From contig CAWDVW010000005.1 of NCBI GenBank assembly GCA_963805855.1, positions 928,001-992,000 of the forward strand: a stretch of DNA of 64,000 nt. Reading direction: 5' to 3'. Within the stretch, counting starts at the first letter, position 1. The number at the start of each line of letters is the position of its first letter. Source of the stretch: Candidatus Dadabacteria bacterium (GTDB taxonomy: Bacteria > Desulfobacterota_D > UBA1144 > Nemesobacterales > CSP1-2). The position numbers and the translations under genes were made by a program. Under the pieces are notes generated by a model. The model was not told the origin of the DNA and made no database searches. It was given only the letters and a program-made list of their open reading frames with translations. Below, in pieces: positions 28,502 to 40,810 of the stretch.

Positions 28502-31181
28502 ATCCCCTCTGCTGAATCAGCATATTCCTCCGCTGTCTCTGTTCAAGGATCTCCTGCATGTCCTTTTCATTCTCTACAATTCTAGGAGTAAGTAGTATCA
28601 TAAGATTTATCTTGTTTCTTTCATATCTCTTAAACTTAAATAAATTCCCAAGTATGGGTATATTTCCTAGAAGAGGAACCTTATTTTCAATTGAGCTTTC
28701 TCTGTCCTGTACCAATCCTCCGATTACGATTGTCTGACCGTTTTTTACAACGACTGATGAATCGGCCGTCCTTGTATTTGTAGCAATACCGAATTCCGCG
28801 GTATTAAGGTCTGCTGGTGACGGAGATATAGCCGATACCTCTGTATAAATGTTTAAATTTAGATAATCGCCTTCACTGATTTGAGGAGTAATGGCCAGCC
28901 TTATTCCTACAGGCTGCCTGTCAATGGTCTGAACAGTTACACCGGCATCGCCAATTACGCTGCCGGTGGGAAAGGGAATCACATCGGCCACAACTATCTC
29001 CGCCTCTTCATTATCCGTTGTAATAATGCTAGGAGTAGATAAAACATTAACGTCAGTCAAAGATGTGAGCGCCTGGAACAGGGCAGTAAAGGATGGTATT
29101 GGGGGTATAGGTCCCGAACCATCCGGATCGACCTCCTCACCAATAACACCCAAAAAAAGCCCGGATAGGCTGTTGGCCAGATTCAGAGATGCCGCCGGGT
29201 CCGCAGCCAAACCAAGTAGGCTTGGAACCCCAGGTAGTATGGTCCCGCCAAACCCTAGATCATTACCGTTATTGAATGTAAAACCTATACTCAAATTTGT
29301 ACCCAAAGACGTGATGTTACTTAGACTCACCTCAAGAATTGCAGCTTCTACAAACACCTGCTTTCTTCTGACATCCAGTTCCTCAATGACCCTCCTTAGG
29401 GTTTCAAATTCCCTACGTGTACTTACGATAACCACAGAATTGGTAGCAGAATCAGAGGTTATTCTCACACCCTCCTCGGTTATTACACTCACGGCGGAAG
29501 TAGGTGTTCCTGCGGTTCCCCGTCTTGTGGTTTGTTGTCCTGCAAGTTGCCCGGCGAAGGTTTGTCCGACAGCTCCCCTTCCGGTTACTGACTGCCCAAA
29601 AGTGCCACCACCAAAAGTGCCACCGCCAAGCGTACCAGCGCCAGTCCTACCAGGTCTGACGACACCCTGAGAACCTGTACTCACGCCACCACCACCTATT
29701 AAACTAGATAGAACTGCGACCACCTGCTCCGCATCCGCATTTAGGAGGCGAACAACATAAATTCCCTCTTCAGGTTCTTCGGATTCAACATCTAGCTTTT
29801 TAATTATCGAGTTTATCTTTGGCAAGTCCTCGGGATATGCGATAACGATCAGGGTGTTCGTCCTTTCATCCACGATAACCCTGAATCCAGCCGTATTGGA
29901 CTGACCTGAAGCCGGAGCTGCCCTAGGCTGGCTTTGCGCCCTCTGCTGTGCTCTTGACCGAGCGGTCCCTCTTTCCCTTGCAGAGGTCTGAGCAGCCGGC
30001 GGGGTGGTCGAGACAGAGCCAGTACCGCCGAGAATCTCCAAGAGCTTTGCAGCTACATCGGCCGCATCAGTATTAACTATTTTTACAAATTCAATCTCCT
30101 TCTTAAGATCAAGATTTTCAATAATATCGAGTAGCCTATTAATGTTGGCTCTAGTCTCAACTATAATCAGCGTGTTCAATTCAGGATATACAGCAATGTC
30201 GCCCTCTCGAGAAATAAGTGGCTTGAGAATGTTTGCTACATCGGTGGCCTGGATATTTTGCAAAGGAACAAGCCTCGTTATAAAACTCTCAGAAGATTCG
30301 CCGGCAGAAACTCCAACTTCAGTAGGAATGCTTTCAGTTTTAATGTCTCTTTTCTGAACTACCTCGTTTATCCCGTCCTTCTTAACAATTGAAAACCCGT
30401 TTAGATCTAAAATTGTTTCAAATAGTTTTAGTGAGTTCTGTTTTTTGAAGCCTCCCTGAGGTGTTATGATTGTTACTCGCTTCCCTTTTACCGAATCATC
30501 CAGGATAAACGTCTCCCCTGTAATCTCGCTCATCGTCTGAATCAAATCTCTTATATCCATTTCAGTTTGCAGGTTTACAATTTCTTCCCCCGGACTAACT
30601 GGTGACTCTGCAGGTTCTACTCGTGTTACACCTCGCCCCTCTTTCCTCTCAGTAATAGGTTCTCCTCCTCTTCCTTGAGTTTTTGGCCCACCTTCATCCG
30701 TCTCAGAAACTAGGCCTTCACTAACCGCTTCTTTACGTTGAGACTCGTCTACACCTTCTTCACCCTCACGCACGACCTCTACCTTCGGGCCCTTGACCCT
30801 TAGCGGGATGACTAAGAACTGGCCTGGAATTACGTTAGCGTTCTCTACCAAACCGTTTATATCCAAAATTTCCTGGACGGATAGCTGAAATCTTTTAGCT
30901 ATCCCCTCTAAGGTGTCCCCTTCTCTAATCAGGTACCTTATCTTCCTTGCAGTTGATTCAGCTTTATATGCCTCTTTTCCCTCCGGGCCTTGTTCCCGTG
31001 TTTCCGGAGAGGCGTCAACCTGAGCCAGCGTTGCCCTTGCGGGCTTACCATTTCCAATTAAACCAGAAAAAATTACTTTGCCCACATCACTATCTACCAC
31101 CAACTCCTCCGAATGCGCCACGTAGACAACAGAGATGGCGGCTATGAAAATCAATAATACTATTTGGAGGCTTTTAATCAT
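28479..31181 (-). CDS. gspD: T2SS secretin GspD with N-terminal LysM domain
   Basis: Secretin motifs (LDVRRKQVFVEAAILEV, NVLSTPSI, KVPLLGNIPILGNLF, LLTPRIV); LysM at aa 81-126. Confidence 0.92.
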   Translation of the reverse strand: MIKSLQIVLLIFIAAISVVYVAHSEELVVDSDVGKVIFSGLIGNGKPARATLAQVDASPETREQGPEGKEAYKAESTARKIRYLIREGDTLEGIAKRFQLSVQEILDINGLVENANVIPGQFLVIPLRVKGPKVEVVREGEEGVDESQRKEAVSEGLVSETDEGGPKTQGRGGEPITERKEGRGVTRVEPAESPVSPGEEIVNLQTEMDIRDLIQTMSEITGETFILDDSVKGKRVTIITPQGGFKKQNSLKLFETILDLNGFSIVKKDGINEVVQKRDIKTESIPTEVGVSAGESSESFITRLVPLQNIQATDVANILKPLISREGDIAVYPELNTLIIVETRANINRLLDIIENLDLKKEIEFVKIVNTDAADVAAKLLEILGGTGSVSTTPPAAQTSARERGTARSRAQQRAQSQPRAAPASGQSNTAGFRVIVDERTNTLIVIAYPEDLPKINSIIKKLDVESEEPEEGIYVVRLLNADAEQVVAVLSSLIGGGGVSTGSQGVVRPGRTGAGTLGGGTFGGGTFGQSVTGRGAVGQTFAGQLAGQQTTRRGTAGTPTSAVSVITEEGVRITSDSATNSVVIVSTRREFETLRRVIEELDVRRKQVFVEAAILEVSLSNITSLGTNLSIGFTFNNGNDLGFGGTILPGVPSLLGLAADPAASLNLANSLSGLFLGVIGEEVDPDGSGPIPPIPSFTALFQALTSLTDVNVLSTPSIITTDNEEAEIVVADVIPFPTGSVIGDAGVTVQTIDRQPVGIRLAITPQISEGDYLNLNIYTEVSAISPSPADLNTAEFGIATNTRTADSSVVVKNGQTIVIGGLVQDRESSIENKVPLLGNIPILGNLFKFKRYERNKINLMILLTPRIVENEKDMQEILEQRQRRNMLIQQRGFEKQEVY

Positions 31182-31303
31182 GGAATGGCACCTTTACATT
31201 AAATCTACTCTGACCACTTACATTTGAATTCTTGATCATTTGTACACCATAACAGAAAAAATAGGGCATAGATTTCATCAACTTGCTATGCTATGAAATT
31301 TCA

Positions 31304-32251
31304 TTACTTTACTGTGTACTCATATGTGATCCTTTTACCGCGCCTTGTTAAATCAATGCTAAATTTGTCCTGCCCCTTTAGTTCCTCAAACAGGCTAAAT
31401 GCGTTTTCAACATTGTCCAGCCCCACGTCATTTATCCTATGAACTGTATCGCCGTTCCTGATCCCGATCTTAGAAAAAATGCTATTCGGCCTTATCGCAA
31501 AAAACCTGAGCCCATCATCATGAGGAACAACCCGGGCTTTTGTCAAAATATCATTTGGATTGCTTAAAAGCTCGTCCATCATCTTTCTGTCAATCTCATA
31601 AACTCCCTCGTCAATCTGGTTTATCCCATCAGCGTTTCCGCTGAGGCCTTTACCCTCACCTTTGCTTGTTCGAGCTTCGTTGGATCCGCTATTAAGCGTG
31701 GTCCTTGAAGCTACTTGATTAGAGGACGACTCGGCGCTTAATTCCTTTTTACATTTTATAGTTTCGGGTCCTTCGCCGATGCGCTCCAATACTGCAACGC
31801 AATTTTCAATCCGAATTACCTTTACCTTTTCCGATTGTATTATATCGATTAATTCATCCAACTTGTAACCATTTATCCTGCCTGAATCAACGTCTTTAAT
31901 TACAGCAACCGAACTCTTACTCGGGTTGATAACCGTTCCTAGAAGCTGAAGGTTTAGGGTAGTTTGTGGAACGTTCTCGATCCCTGATGAATTAGCTGAT
32001 GAAGTATTTTTAAGCCCAAATATGTTACGACTGAGTATTATGTCGTAAGATTTTCGCGAAGCCAGGTCTTTTTTCGTACTCACATAATTTTCTACGCGTA
32101 CACTCTTAGATGAAGCCTTGGCCTCGTGAGGGAGCATAGGCATTTTCCCCTTTATATTGTCGATTACAATCTGTGCAAGAACGTAAGCAAGCACTGCAAC
32201 AAGGAACAGATTGATAGCCCAGGTATGTTTCTTAAATAGTGATATAATCAT
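31304..32251 (-). CDS. gspC: T2SS protein GspC (TM, HR and PDZ)
   Basis: TTLNLQLLGTV HR domain; IRPNSIFSKIGIRNGD PDZ. Confidence 0.88.
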   Translation of the reverse strand: MIISLFKKHTWAINLFLVAVLAYVLAQIVIDNIKGKMPMLPHEAKASSKSVRVENYVSTKKDLASRKSYDIILSRNIFGLKNTSSANSSGIENVPQTTLNLQLLGTVINPSKSSVAVIKDVDSGRINGYKLDELIDIIQSEKVKVIRIENCVAVLERIGEGPETIKCKKELSAESSSNQVASRTTLNSGSNEARTSKGEGKGLSGNADGINQIDEGVYEIDRKMMDELLSNPNDILTKARVVPHDDGLRFFAIRPNSIFSKIGIRNGDTVHRINDVGLDNVENAFSLFEELKGQDKFSIDLTRRGKRITYEYTVK

Positions 32252-32304
32252 TTAAGTAGCGCTATTAACTTTCATATCAAAAATAAAGCTAATTACTTTA
32301 TATG

Positions 32305-33387
32305 TCAAGAGATCTTCTTTTTATCCAAATCTTTATATGCGCAAACTTCTATTTCCTCTCGCAAATAATCTGCGGCTGCCTCTGGCGAGGTCGGATTGAT
32401 GAATAATCCAGCACCCCACTCAAATCCAGCAATTGTTGTGAGACGTGGGATAATCTCTAAATGCCAATGAAAATCGTACTCGATCGAATCCCAGTGCTGC
32501 GGATGACCTGGACGCATGAATCTGCTCGGCGAGGTATGTATCACAAAATTATAGGGGGGATCATTCAAAAGATTTTTAACAGATAGTAGGTTCAGCTTCA
32601 GAACGTACGCCAGGTTCATGAGCTCATGATCATCCATAATGGAATAATTATGAAGATGCTTTTTTGGTACTATCCAAGTCTCAAATGGGAAACTTGAAGC
32701 AAACGGAGCCCAGACAATATAGTTAGCTGATTCAAAAACTATTCTTTTATTATAATCAAGTTCCTGGTTTATTAAATCGCAAATCAGGCATCGTTCCTTT
32801 TCCCTATAATGCTCTCTGCTTGCTGTTAGCTCTTGTTTCACGATAGGGGGAACCATAGGAGTGGCAATTAATTGTGAGTGTGTATGCATAATAGAGCTTC
32901 CCGCTTGTGCCTTGTGATTTTTAAATATCAACACATAACGGAGTCTTGGATCTCTAAATAAATCTTTTATTCTCTCCCTAAATGCTAGCAGTACATCCTT
33001 AACCCTTTCAATATCAAGATCCGCCAATCCGTTATCGTGATTCGGAGACTCAATGATAACCTCATGCGCACCAGCCCCACTAACAACGTCAAATATACCG
33101 GTTGCGTATCTATGCGCATTATCCTCAACATGCAGTGCAGGGTACTTATTTGGAACAACCCTCACGTTCCAGCCGGGTGAGTTTGGTTCCGATCCCGGCT
33201 CTCGTATCGCAAAAATCTCAGGAGGTGTTTTACCTTCTGAACCCTCGCAAAACGGACAGGAAACTATCGTGTCCTCATCACTATTAATACCGTCCTCAAT
33301 CACCAAATAATCACTTGGCCTTCTAGCCCTTTCGGTCGAAATTATTACCCATCTATCTCTAATTGGATCGAATCTGAGTTCCCGCAT
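32305..33387 (-). CDS. galT: Galactose-1-phosphate uridylyltransferase family
   Basis: ELRFDPI, CPFC, HEVIIESP, HTHSQ active-site motif, AGFEWG. Confidence 0.9.
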   Translation of the reverse strand: MRELRFDPIRDRWVIISTERARRPSDYLVIEDGINSDEDTIVSCPFCEGSEGKTPPEIFAIREPGSEPNSPGWNVRVVPNKYPALHVEDNAHRYATGIFDVVSGAGAHEVIIESPNHDNGLADLDIERVKDVLLAFRERIKDLFRDPRLRYVLIFKNHKAQAGSSIMHTHSQLIATPMVPPIVKQELTASREHYREKERCLICDLINQELDYNKRIVFESANYIVWAPFASSFPFETWIVPKKHLHNYSIMDDHELMNLAYVLKLNLLSVKNLLNDPPYNFVIHTSPSRFMRPGHPQHWDSIEYDFHWHLEIIPRLTTIAGFEWGAGLFINPTSPEAAADYLREEIEVCAYKDLDKKKIS

Positions 33388-33921
33388 CTATATGGTCATT
33401 CCCGCCTTTACTCGTCAAACTCTAAACTATTATTATACAGTACAAAACCATTCATTCTGATAATCCATTCATTAGGAATTACAATTTTTTTCAAAATGCT
33501 AATCCAAATAAGATCTCGCTCTATCATAAAAAATTACCATTAAAACTGACGAGACTGTATCTAAAAGTTTAGCCAATTACTTTAAGTTTCATTCTCAAGC
33601 TTTACACATTATTATTTAAAAATCAATGATTATTTTTTTATTGCTTGAAATTGAGTCAGGTTCAATTTTGAGAAGATACGACCATCGAAGATCGCGAACG
33701 CCAATTTAGGTATAGCTAAAATAGAAAAAACAGATAATACCCCCATTTTAAAGATTCGAGCTGTCACTTAACCAATGTTAGGAATAATAGCTGAAAAGAA
33801 TGTCCCACTTCACAATGTTCATCCTCAAACTTAGAAGAATCAAGATGCCTGTTTAAGGCATCCGCTAAGACACCACACGCACTTGACAAAGATTCTTAGA
33901 TGATTATCTTTATGTTTATTT

Positions 33922-33948
33922 TTAGCACTAATCGGACTAAAGTGCTAA
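33922..33948 (+). promoter_or_regulatory. CIRCE element (HrcA operator)
   Basis: TTAGCACTA-N9-AAGTGCTAA versus consensus TTAGCACTC-N9-GAGTGCTAA; TTGACA at 33883-33888; upstream of groES. Confidence 0.88.
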
Positions 33949-33988
33949 ATCCCTGGTTCAAGATCCATAAATTTAAGGAGGAGGTTAT

Positions 33989-34279
33989 ATGAAAGTAAAA
34001 CCGCTCTACGACAGAATTCTTGTTAAGAGACTGGAGACCGTAGAAAAGACCAAGGGTGGCATTATAATTCCTGATTCCGCGAAAGAGAAACCCCAGGAAG
34101 GAAAAATAATGGCTCTGGGGAAGGGAAAGCTACTCGAAGACGGTTCAATGAGACCCCTAGACGTCAAGGTTGGGGATAAGGTGCTTTTCAGTAAATATGG
34201 CGGTACCGACATAAATATTGAGGGTGAGGATTACTTAATTCTTCGGGAAGAAGATATCTTAGCAATCGTCGAAAGTTAA
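33989..34279 (+). CDS. groES: Co-chaperonin GroES
   Basis: [24 protein letters not shown]. Confidence 0.98.
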   Translation: MKVKPLYDRILVKRLETVEKTKGGIIIPDSAKEKPQEGKIMALGKGKLLEDGSMRPLDVKVGDKVLFSKYGGTDINIEGEDYLILREEDILAIVES

Positions 34280-34309
34280 AAATTTTAAAACACGAATTTA
34301 AGGAGGTAA

Positions 34310-35980
<1,671 letters not shown>

Positions 35981-35995
35981 GAATTATAATAAAGC

Positions 35996-36021
35996 AGCGG
36001 GTCGATCGCTATCGGCCCGCT
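35996..36021. terminator. Stem-loop between groEL and the convergent HAD gene
   Basis: AGCGGGTCGAT-CGCT-ATCGGCCCGCT. Confidence 0.6.
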
Positions 36022-36061
36022 CTGATTATAATCCAGCTAAATGTACTTAAATAATATTTTT

Positions 36062-36745
36062 TCACCCGACAAAAGCCTTTAGGGCTGTTTCAACGTCACT
36101 AAAATCTTCGAAAAGATAATCCGGATTATATAGCTCCAAATCCTTCAATGAATAGGATCCCGTAGCAACACCAAATACCTTTGCCCCTGCCGCCTTTCCA
36201 TGAATAATATCAAACGGTGTATCACCTATCACACATACCTCAGCAAATCCAGTGCATTTATCGAGGATCCTTTCCCCCCTTTCTATCGCTATGCGTATTA
36301 TCTCACCTCTATATTCTGAATCAGAACCGAAAGCTCCAAATTTAAAGTATGAGTCTAAGCCTGAATATCTCAGTTTTATCCATGCCGCTTCTTCGATATT
36401 ACCCGTCGCGATGCCCAATTTTAAATCATCTCTCAAAGAAATAGCTTCGAGGATTTGTGATATTCCATCCAGGACCGTTATCGGGTTTCGTTCCTTCATT
36501 TCCTCTTCCAGGTAAAGTAAATAACTTCTATAAATCCTAGCCACCTCCCCCTCTAAATAATCCCTATAAAGTGTATTTCGGAACATCTCCCTTAGAATAA
36601 GCGGATCTGTCTTTCCATCAGGCCTTATACCGTGCATTGCGTCTTCAATGTCATAGATAACACTGAAGGCTCTATTAGCTGCTCTTATTCCTGCACCACC
36701 GGCATGAATTAGCGTTCCATCTATGTCAAAAAGAAGCAGTTTCAT
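36062..36745 (-). CDS. HAD-family hydrolase
   Basis: LFDIDGTL, ATGN, IGDTPFD. Confidence 0.9.
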   Translation of the reverse strand: MKLLLFDIDGTLIHAGGAGIRAANRAFSVIYDIEDAMHGIRPDGKTDPLILREMFRNTLYRDYLEGEVARIYRSYLLYLEEEMKERNPITVLDGISQILEAISLRDDLKLGIATGNIEEAAWIKLRYSGLDSYFKFGAFGSDSEYRGEIIRIAIERGERILDKCTGFAEVCVIGDTPFDIIHGKAAGAKVFGVATGSYSLKDLELYNPDYLFEDFSDVETALKAFVG

Positions 36746-36800
36746 TTAAAAATAATTCCTCGAGGGGATGTATTTCAAGCGAATAAAAAAACAGAATTCA

Positions 36801-37805
36801 TTAACCTAGTTTTTCTAAAACTCCCGTGTAGAACTCCTCCTCCTGGTGAGCTATTTCATGAGCTTTATTTGAAGCTAGTCTGAATAGCTCACGGTCTTTT
36901 TCACATTCGCTTATCTGTTTAAATAACTGTGAAATATCACTCCATTTTCGCCCCAACAGGTCCATCTTATCCGGTAGCCTGAACGCTTTTAGATTCGGCA
37001 CGATTTCTTCGGCCTCTAATAGGAAATCCCTGTAAATCCACCTGAACCCGCCACCACCAGTCCCCCTCTTCTCAATCACTTGATACGCAAACCTAGATGA
37101 CCATTGCCAATCTTGAGCGTCACCCCAATACTCAAGCTCCTCTGCCCAAGATCTAATCTTCTCAATTCCAGAAATACCCCTTGGCGATCCTTTGCCTTCT
37201 AACATTGATTTGGCATTGTTATAAATTGCGATAGGAACAATTTCAGATAAATCTGGTAAAGGATTTTCTAGATAAACCTCAAACCAGTTGTTATTCAACG
37301 GGTATGGCTTTGCTTTTGAACACCTTGCGTTTTGTAACCCTTCATAAGAAACGGATTGCAAGCCCTCAAACCCCGTATCTGATAAGAAAACTTTCTCTGA
37401 CTCATCATCATAACCCCACACGCAGACGACGTGCCCCGGAAAGTGGGTAGATGATTTATAATAGTCTAGATGAAATATATCGGTCTGAATTAACAGAGGG
37501 ATACCCTCGTTTATATAATCCCTTAAGATTTCAGCTGCCGCCTCTCCATCAGATTCAAGTTTCCAATTAGTTGGCTTATCAATTAGACTGAAAAAATTGG
37601 GTTCCATTCCAGGACCTCTTAGATGAATTGCCCTCGTGGGACTCATATCCTCGTATTGTGTATAAAAAAATCCAAGTCCTGAACCAAGCCCAAAACACAT
37701 CGCCTCTGAAAGTTGATACCCGTAGTAAGTAATAACGTCTCTTAGAGCGACAGAGCCGCAGTGTAATCCAGGAATGTGAGTCCAGTTACTTATGATTTTT
37801 CTCAT
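36801..37805 (-). CDS. BtrH N-terminal / DUF4872 domain protein (papain-like Cys-His)
   Basis: GLHCGS, LSEAMCFGLGSGLGF, HFPGHVVCVWGYD, GTGGGGFR; ATG at 37805 preferred. Confidence 0.8.
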   Translation of the reverse strand: MRKIISNWTHIPGLHCGSVALRDVITYYGYQLSEAMCFGLGSGLGFFYTQYEDMSPTRAIHLRGPGMEPNFFSLIDKPTNWKLESDGEAAAEILRDYINEGIPLLIQTDIFHLDYYKSSTHFPGHVVCVWGYDDESEKVFLSDTGFEGLQSVSYEGLQNARCSKAKPYPLNNNWFEVYLENPLPDLSEIVPIAIYNNAKSMLEGKGSPRGISGIEKIRSWAEELEYWGDAQDWQWSSRFAYQVIEKRGTGGGGFRWIYRDFLLEAEEIVPNLKAFRLPDKMDLLGRKWSDISQLFKQISECEKDRELFRLASNKAHEIAHQEEEFYTGVLEKLG

Positions 37806-38060
37806 CACATAATTAATTTTACCATAACCCTGGTTGCTAAAGTGTTTAGTTTCGTATATGCATGACCTACGATAACTCAATAAAATTGAAAACAAAAACA
37901 GAATTTATCAGTTATAATTAACGCCATTATTTATACGATTTAAATAATAAAGAAATCAAAGACTTAGACTCAAGTATAATCTATAAATACCTTTTAAGAT
38001 CCGTCTTGACACGTGTTAATAGTATAAATAATCTATTTCTATCCTCGGAGGTAAAAAAAT

Positions 38061-39485
38061 ATGAAAAGGTCTTCTTCGCTTCTAATACTCTTAATCATCA
38101 TTTCAACCTGTTTTGTATTGGCTACCACCCAATTTGCACAGACAAATGAACTAAGGTCTTTATCAGGACTTGTTAAAAGACTAACTCCTTCGGTTGTCAA
38201 CATCAGCACGACCAATACCACAAAGTTCGGCATGACACCTCACCGATCTCCGTTCGGTGAACGAGGAGATGATCCATTTGAGGAGTTTTTCAATAGATTT
38301 TTTGGTGAATTGCCTCAAAGAGAATTCAAAAGAAAGGGTCTTGGGTCGGGATTTATCTTAAGTGAAAACGGCTATATCATCACCAACAATCACGTCGTAG
38401 AGAAGGCAGATGATATTAAAGTAATCCTAGAGGATGGGGAAAGCTACAAGGGAACTATAATTGGGAAGGACCCAAAGACCGATCTGGCGCTCCTTAAAAT
38501 AGAGCCGAGGCACAAACTGAACGCAGTTAGCTTGGGTAGATCGAACACACTTGAGATTGGAGATTGGGTTGTTGCTATAGGGAATCCATTTGGACTAGGA
38601 CATACGGTAACCACCGGAATCGTAAGCGCTAAAGGCAGATCGCTTGGACTCGGAGCCTATGATGATTTCATCCAAACTGATGCTGCAATAAATCCCGGAA
38701 ACAGTGGAGGCCCACTCTTTAACCTCAATGGAGATGTCGTGGGTGTAAACACTGCAATAATAGCCGGGGGTCAGGGCATCGGTTTTGCAATTCCCGTCGA
38801 CATGGCGAGAAATGTGGTAGAACAACTCCAGAACAAAGGGAAAGTAGTAAGGGGATGGTTGGGGGTGCTGGTTCAGCAGATAACCCCTGAGATCGCGGAA
38901 AGCTTAAATCTTAGCCAGCCCGAAGGTGCTTTAGTATCGGATGTAACTCCTGGCGGGCCTGCGGATAAAGCAGGAATAAAGAGAGGAGATGTTATCGTAG
39001 CGTTTGATGGAAACAAGATAGAAGATATGCCGGATCTACCAAAGACGGTAGCGACTAATGAGCCTGGAACCAAATCAAAATTAACATTTCTTAGAAATGG
39101 TAAGGAAAAAACCGTTGACTTAACACTAGGAGAACTCCCCGAAGAAGTGGCTGTGTCCACAAGCGTAACAAATAACAACGTTGAAAGGAATCTCGGTCTC
39201 ATCGTTCAAGAAATTAATCCTCAAATACAGAGGAGATTTAGACTAGAAGAATCCAAAGGGGTTATCATCACCAATGTAAATCCCGATTCAATCGGATACG
39301 AAGCGGGGCTCATGGCGGGTGACATAATTCTTGAGATGAATAAACAACATATTGAAAATTTGGATGACTACAGAAAATCTGTGGACTCTCTTAAAGAAGG
39401 GCAGACCGCGCTTCTTCTGGTGCAAAGGGCAAGGAACACAATCTATGTTGCTCTTAAGATTGAGGATCAACATGATAAAGGTTGA
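38061..39485 (+). CDS. degQ: DegP/DegQ-family periplasmic serine protease with two PDZ domains
   Basis: TNNHVV, DPKTDLA, INPGNSGGPL. Confidence 0.92.
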   Translation: MKRSSSLLILLIIISTCFVLATTQFAQTNELRSLSGLVKRLTPSVVNISTTNTTKFGMTPHRSPFGERGDDPFEEFFNRFFGELPQREFKRKGLGSGFILSENGYIITNNHVVEKADDIKVILEDGESYKGTIIGKDPKTDLALLKIEPRHKLNAVSLGRSNTLEIGDWVVAIGNPFGLGHTVTTGIVSAKGRSLGLGAYDDFIQTDAAINPGNSGGPLFNLNGDVVGVNTAIIAGGQGIGFAIPVDMARNVVEQLQNKGKVVRGWLGVLVQQITPEIAESLNLSQPEGALVSDVTPGGPADKAGIKRGDVIVAFDGNKIEDMPDLPKTVATNEPGTKSKLTFLRNGKEKTVDLTLGELPEEVAVSTSVTNNNVERNLGLIVQEINPQIQRRFRLEESKGVIITNVNPDSIGYEAGLMAGDIILEMNKQHIENLDDYRKSVDSLKEGQTALLLVQRARNTIYVALKIEDQHDKG

Positions 39486-39936
39486 GGAGAAATTGAAAGA
39501 GCTCGGAATAGAAATTCTTGATGTACCTAAACCATTAGGTGCTTACAAATCCGCCGTTATTTCGGGAAATCTTATTTTCGTGTCCGGCCAGTTACCCATA
39601 GAAAATGGGGAACTCAGATACAAGGGCAGAGTCGGAGAAGAAGTATCGATTGAAGACGGCATCCAAGCCTCAAGAATTGCCTCATTGAACGCGTTATCAG
39701 TTATGAAAAAAGAGCTGGGAGATCTCGATCGGATAAAGCGAATCCTGAAGATCACAGGGTATGTTTCCAGTGCATCAAACTTTTATATGCAGGCAAAGAT
39801 AGTCAATGGCGCATCTGAGATTTTTTACCTCGTCTTCGGGGAAGATGGAACTCACGCCCGTGCTGCCGTCGGTGTTTGCGCACTCCCTCTTGGTGCCCCA
39901 GTCGAAATAGAAGTGATAGCCGAGATAAGTACTTAA
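39472..39936 (+). CDS. RidA/YjgF-family protein
   Basis: Real start is probably MIKVEEKL at 39472; VSGQLP, NGASE, HARAAVG, LPLGAPVEIE. Confidence 0.88.
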   Translation: MIKVEEKLKELGIEILDVPKPLGAYKSAVISGNLIFVSGQLPIENGELRYKGRVGEEVSIEDGIQASRIASLNALSVMKKELGDLDRIKRILKITGYVSSASNFYMQAKIVNGASEIFYLVFGEDGTHARAAVGVCALPLGAPVEIEVIAEIST

Positions 39937-39986
39937 TATCGAACCACTTTCCAAAAATCGCAATTATCCCGGCGATATTTTACGCA

Positions 39987-40796
39987 ATGAAAATTTTCAT
40001 CTACATTGACCACCCATCCCCTTCACTATCTATAGATGAGCTGAGACATCGCTTAGAGAAATTTGATCTCGAGGTTATCTTCAAAGGAGATCTCATCGAA
40101 TCATTGAAGTTGAGCGATGCGGAAATGATGAACCTGGCCAATAGGATGTCGGGGACTATTATTCAAGACATCAACGTTCCGAACGATAATATCGAATTTC
40201 CAAATCATCGATACCTCAATTCAGAACGAAAAAGGCTAACCGGAGAAGCAGACTATATGGGAGTGCTCTATGACGGGTACTGGCTGCAGAGGATTTTTTT
40301 TAATCTATTTCGCGATAGGCTCGCTGGAAGGATTTCAAACAATATTATTCACATAATTTTTACAAGCAGGCTCTTCGGCACCTTCGAAAAAAGAAGGTAT
40401 CACGCGAGAGTAATACTTATGGGCACACCAAGCTTAATTTCTACCTCGGGGGTGGTTGAGGCACCAGCAAAACCAAGGGAATACTACTGGCTAAAAGCTG
40501 GATTTATCCAGAGTGGCCGGGATATCACCGAACTCGACAGCGTCTATAAGGGAAGATTTATCGAGTACAACGATTCCAAGATGACACCGATTTTAGGGTC
40601 CTATGCACTACAAGCCGTTGCCTATGAGATGAGTGGCAAGGAGTTCTGCGATGACAAAACCTGCTGCTTATACAACGCTCACTGGCAGGAAGAGGTCCTA
40701 GGCGCTCAACTGGGTGGTAAATTATGCCAAAAGCATCATGACATAATGTCAAGCGTGTCTGTCAGAAACCAAACAGCCACTAGTAAAAAAGACTGA
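39987..40796 (+). CDS. DUF6775-like putative metallopeptidase
   Basis: LYDGYWLQ, HIIFTSRLFGTF..RYHAR, ISTSGVVEAPAKPREYY, FCDDKTCCLYNAHWQEE..LCQKH. Confidence 0.7.
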   Translation: MKIFIYIDHPSPSLSIDELRHRLEKFDLEVIFKGDLIESLKLSDAEMMNLANRMSGTIIQDINVPNDNIEFPNHRYLNSERKRLTGEADYMGVLYDGYWLQRIFFNLFRDRLAGRISNNIIHIIFTSRLFGTFEKRRYHARVILMGTPSLISTSGVVEAPAKPREYYWLKAGFIQSGRDITELDSVYKGRFIEYNDSKMTPILGSYALQAVAYEMSGKEFCDDKTCCLYNAHWQEEVLGAQLGGKLCQKHHDIMSSVSVRNQTATSKKD

Positions 40797-40810
40797 GCCC
40801 ATATTGTATA

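Noticed and set aside
33388-33880. Long galT-groES intergenic region as a hidden gene or ncRNA
   Set aside because: AT-rich with no convincing ORF or structure found by eye.
39352-39471. N-terminal extension of the RidA ORF in the track
   Set aside because: It overlaps degQ; the family-like sequence begins at 39472.
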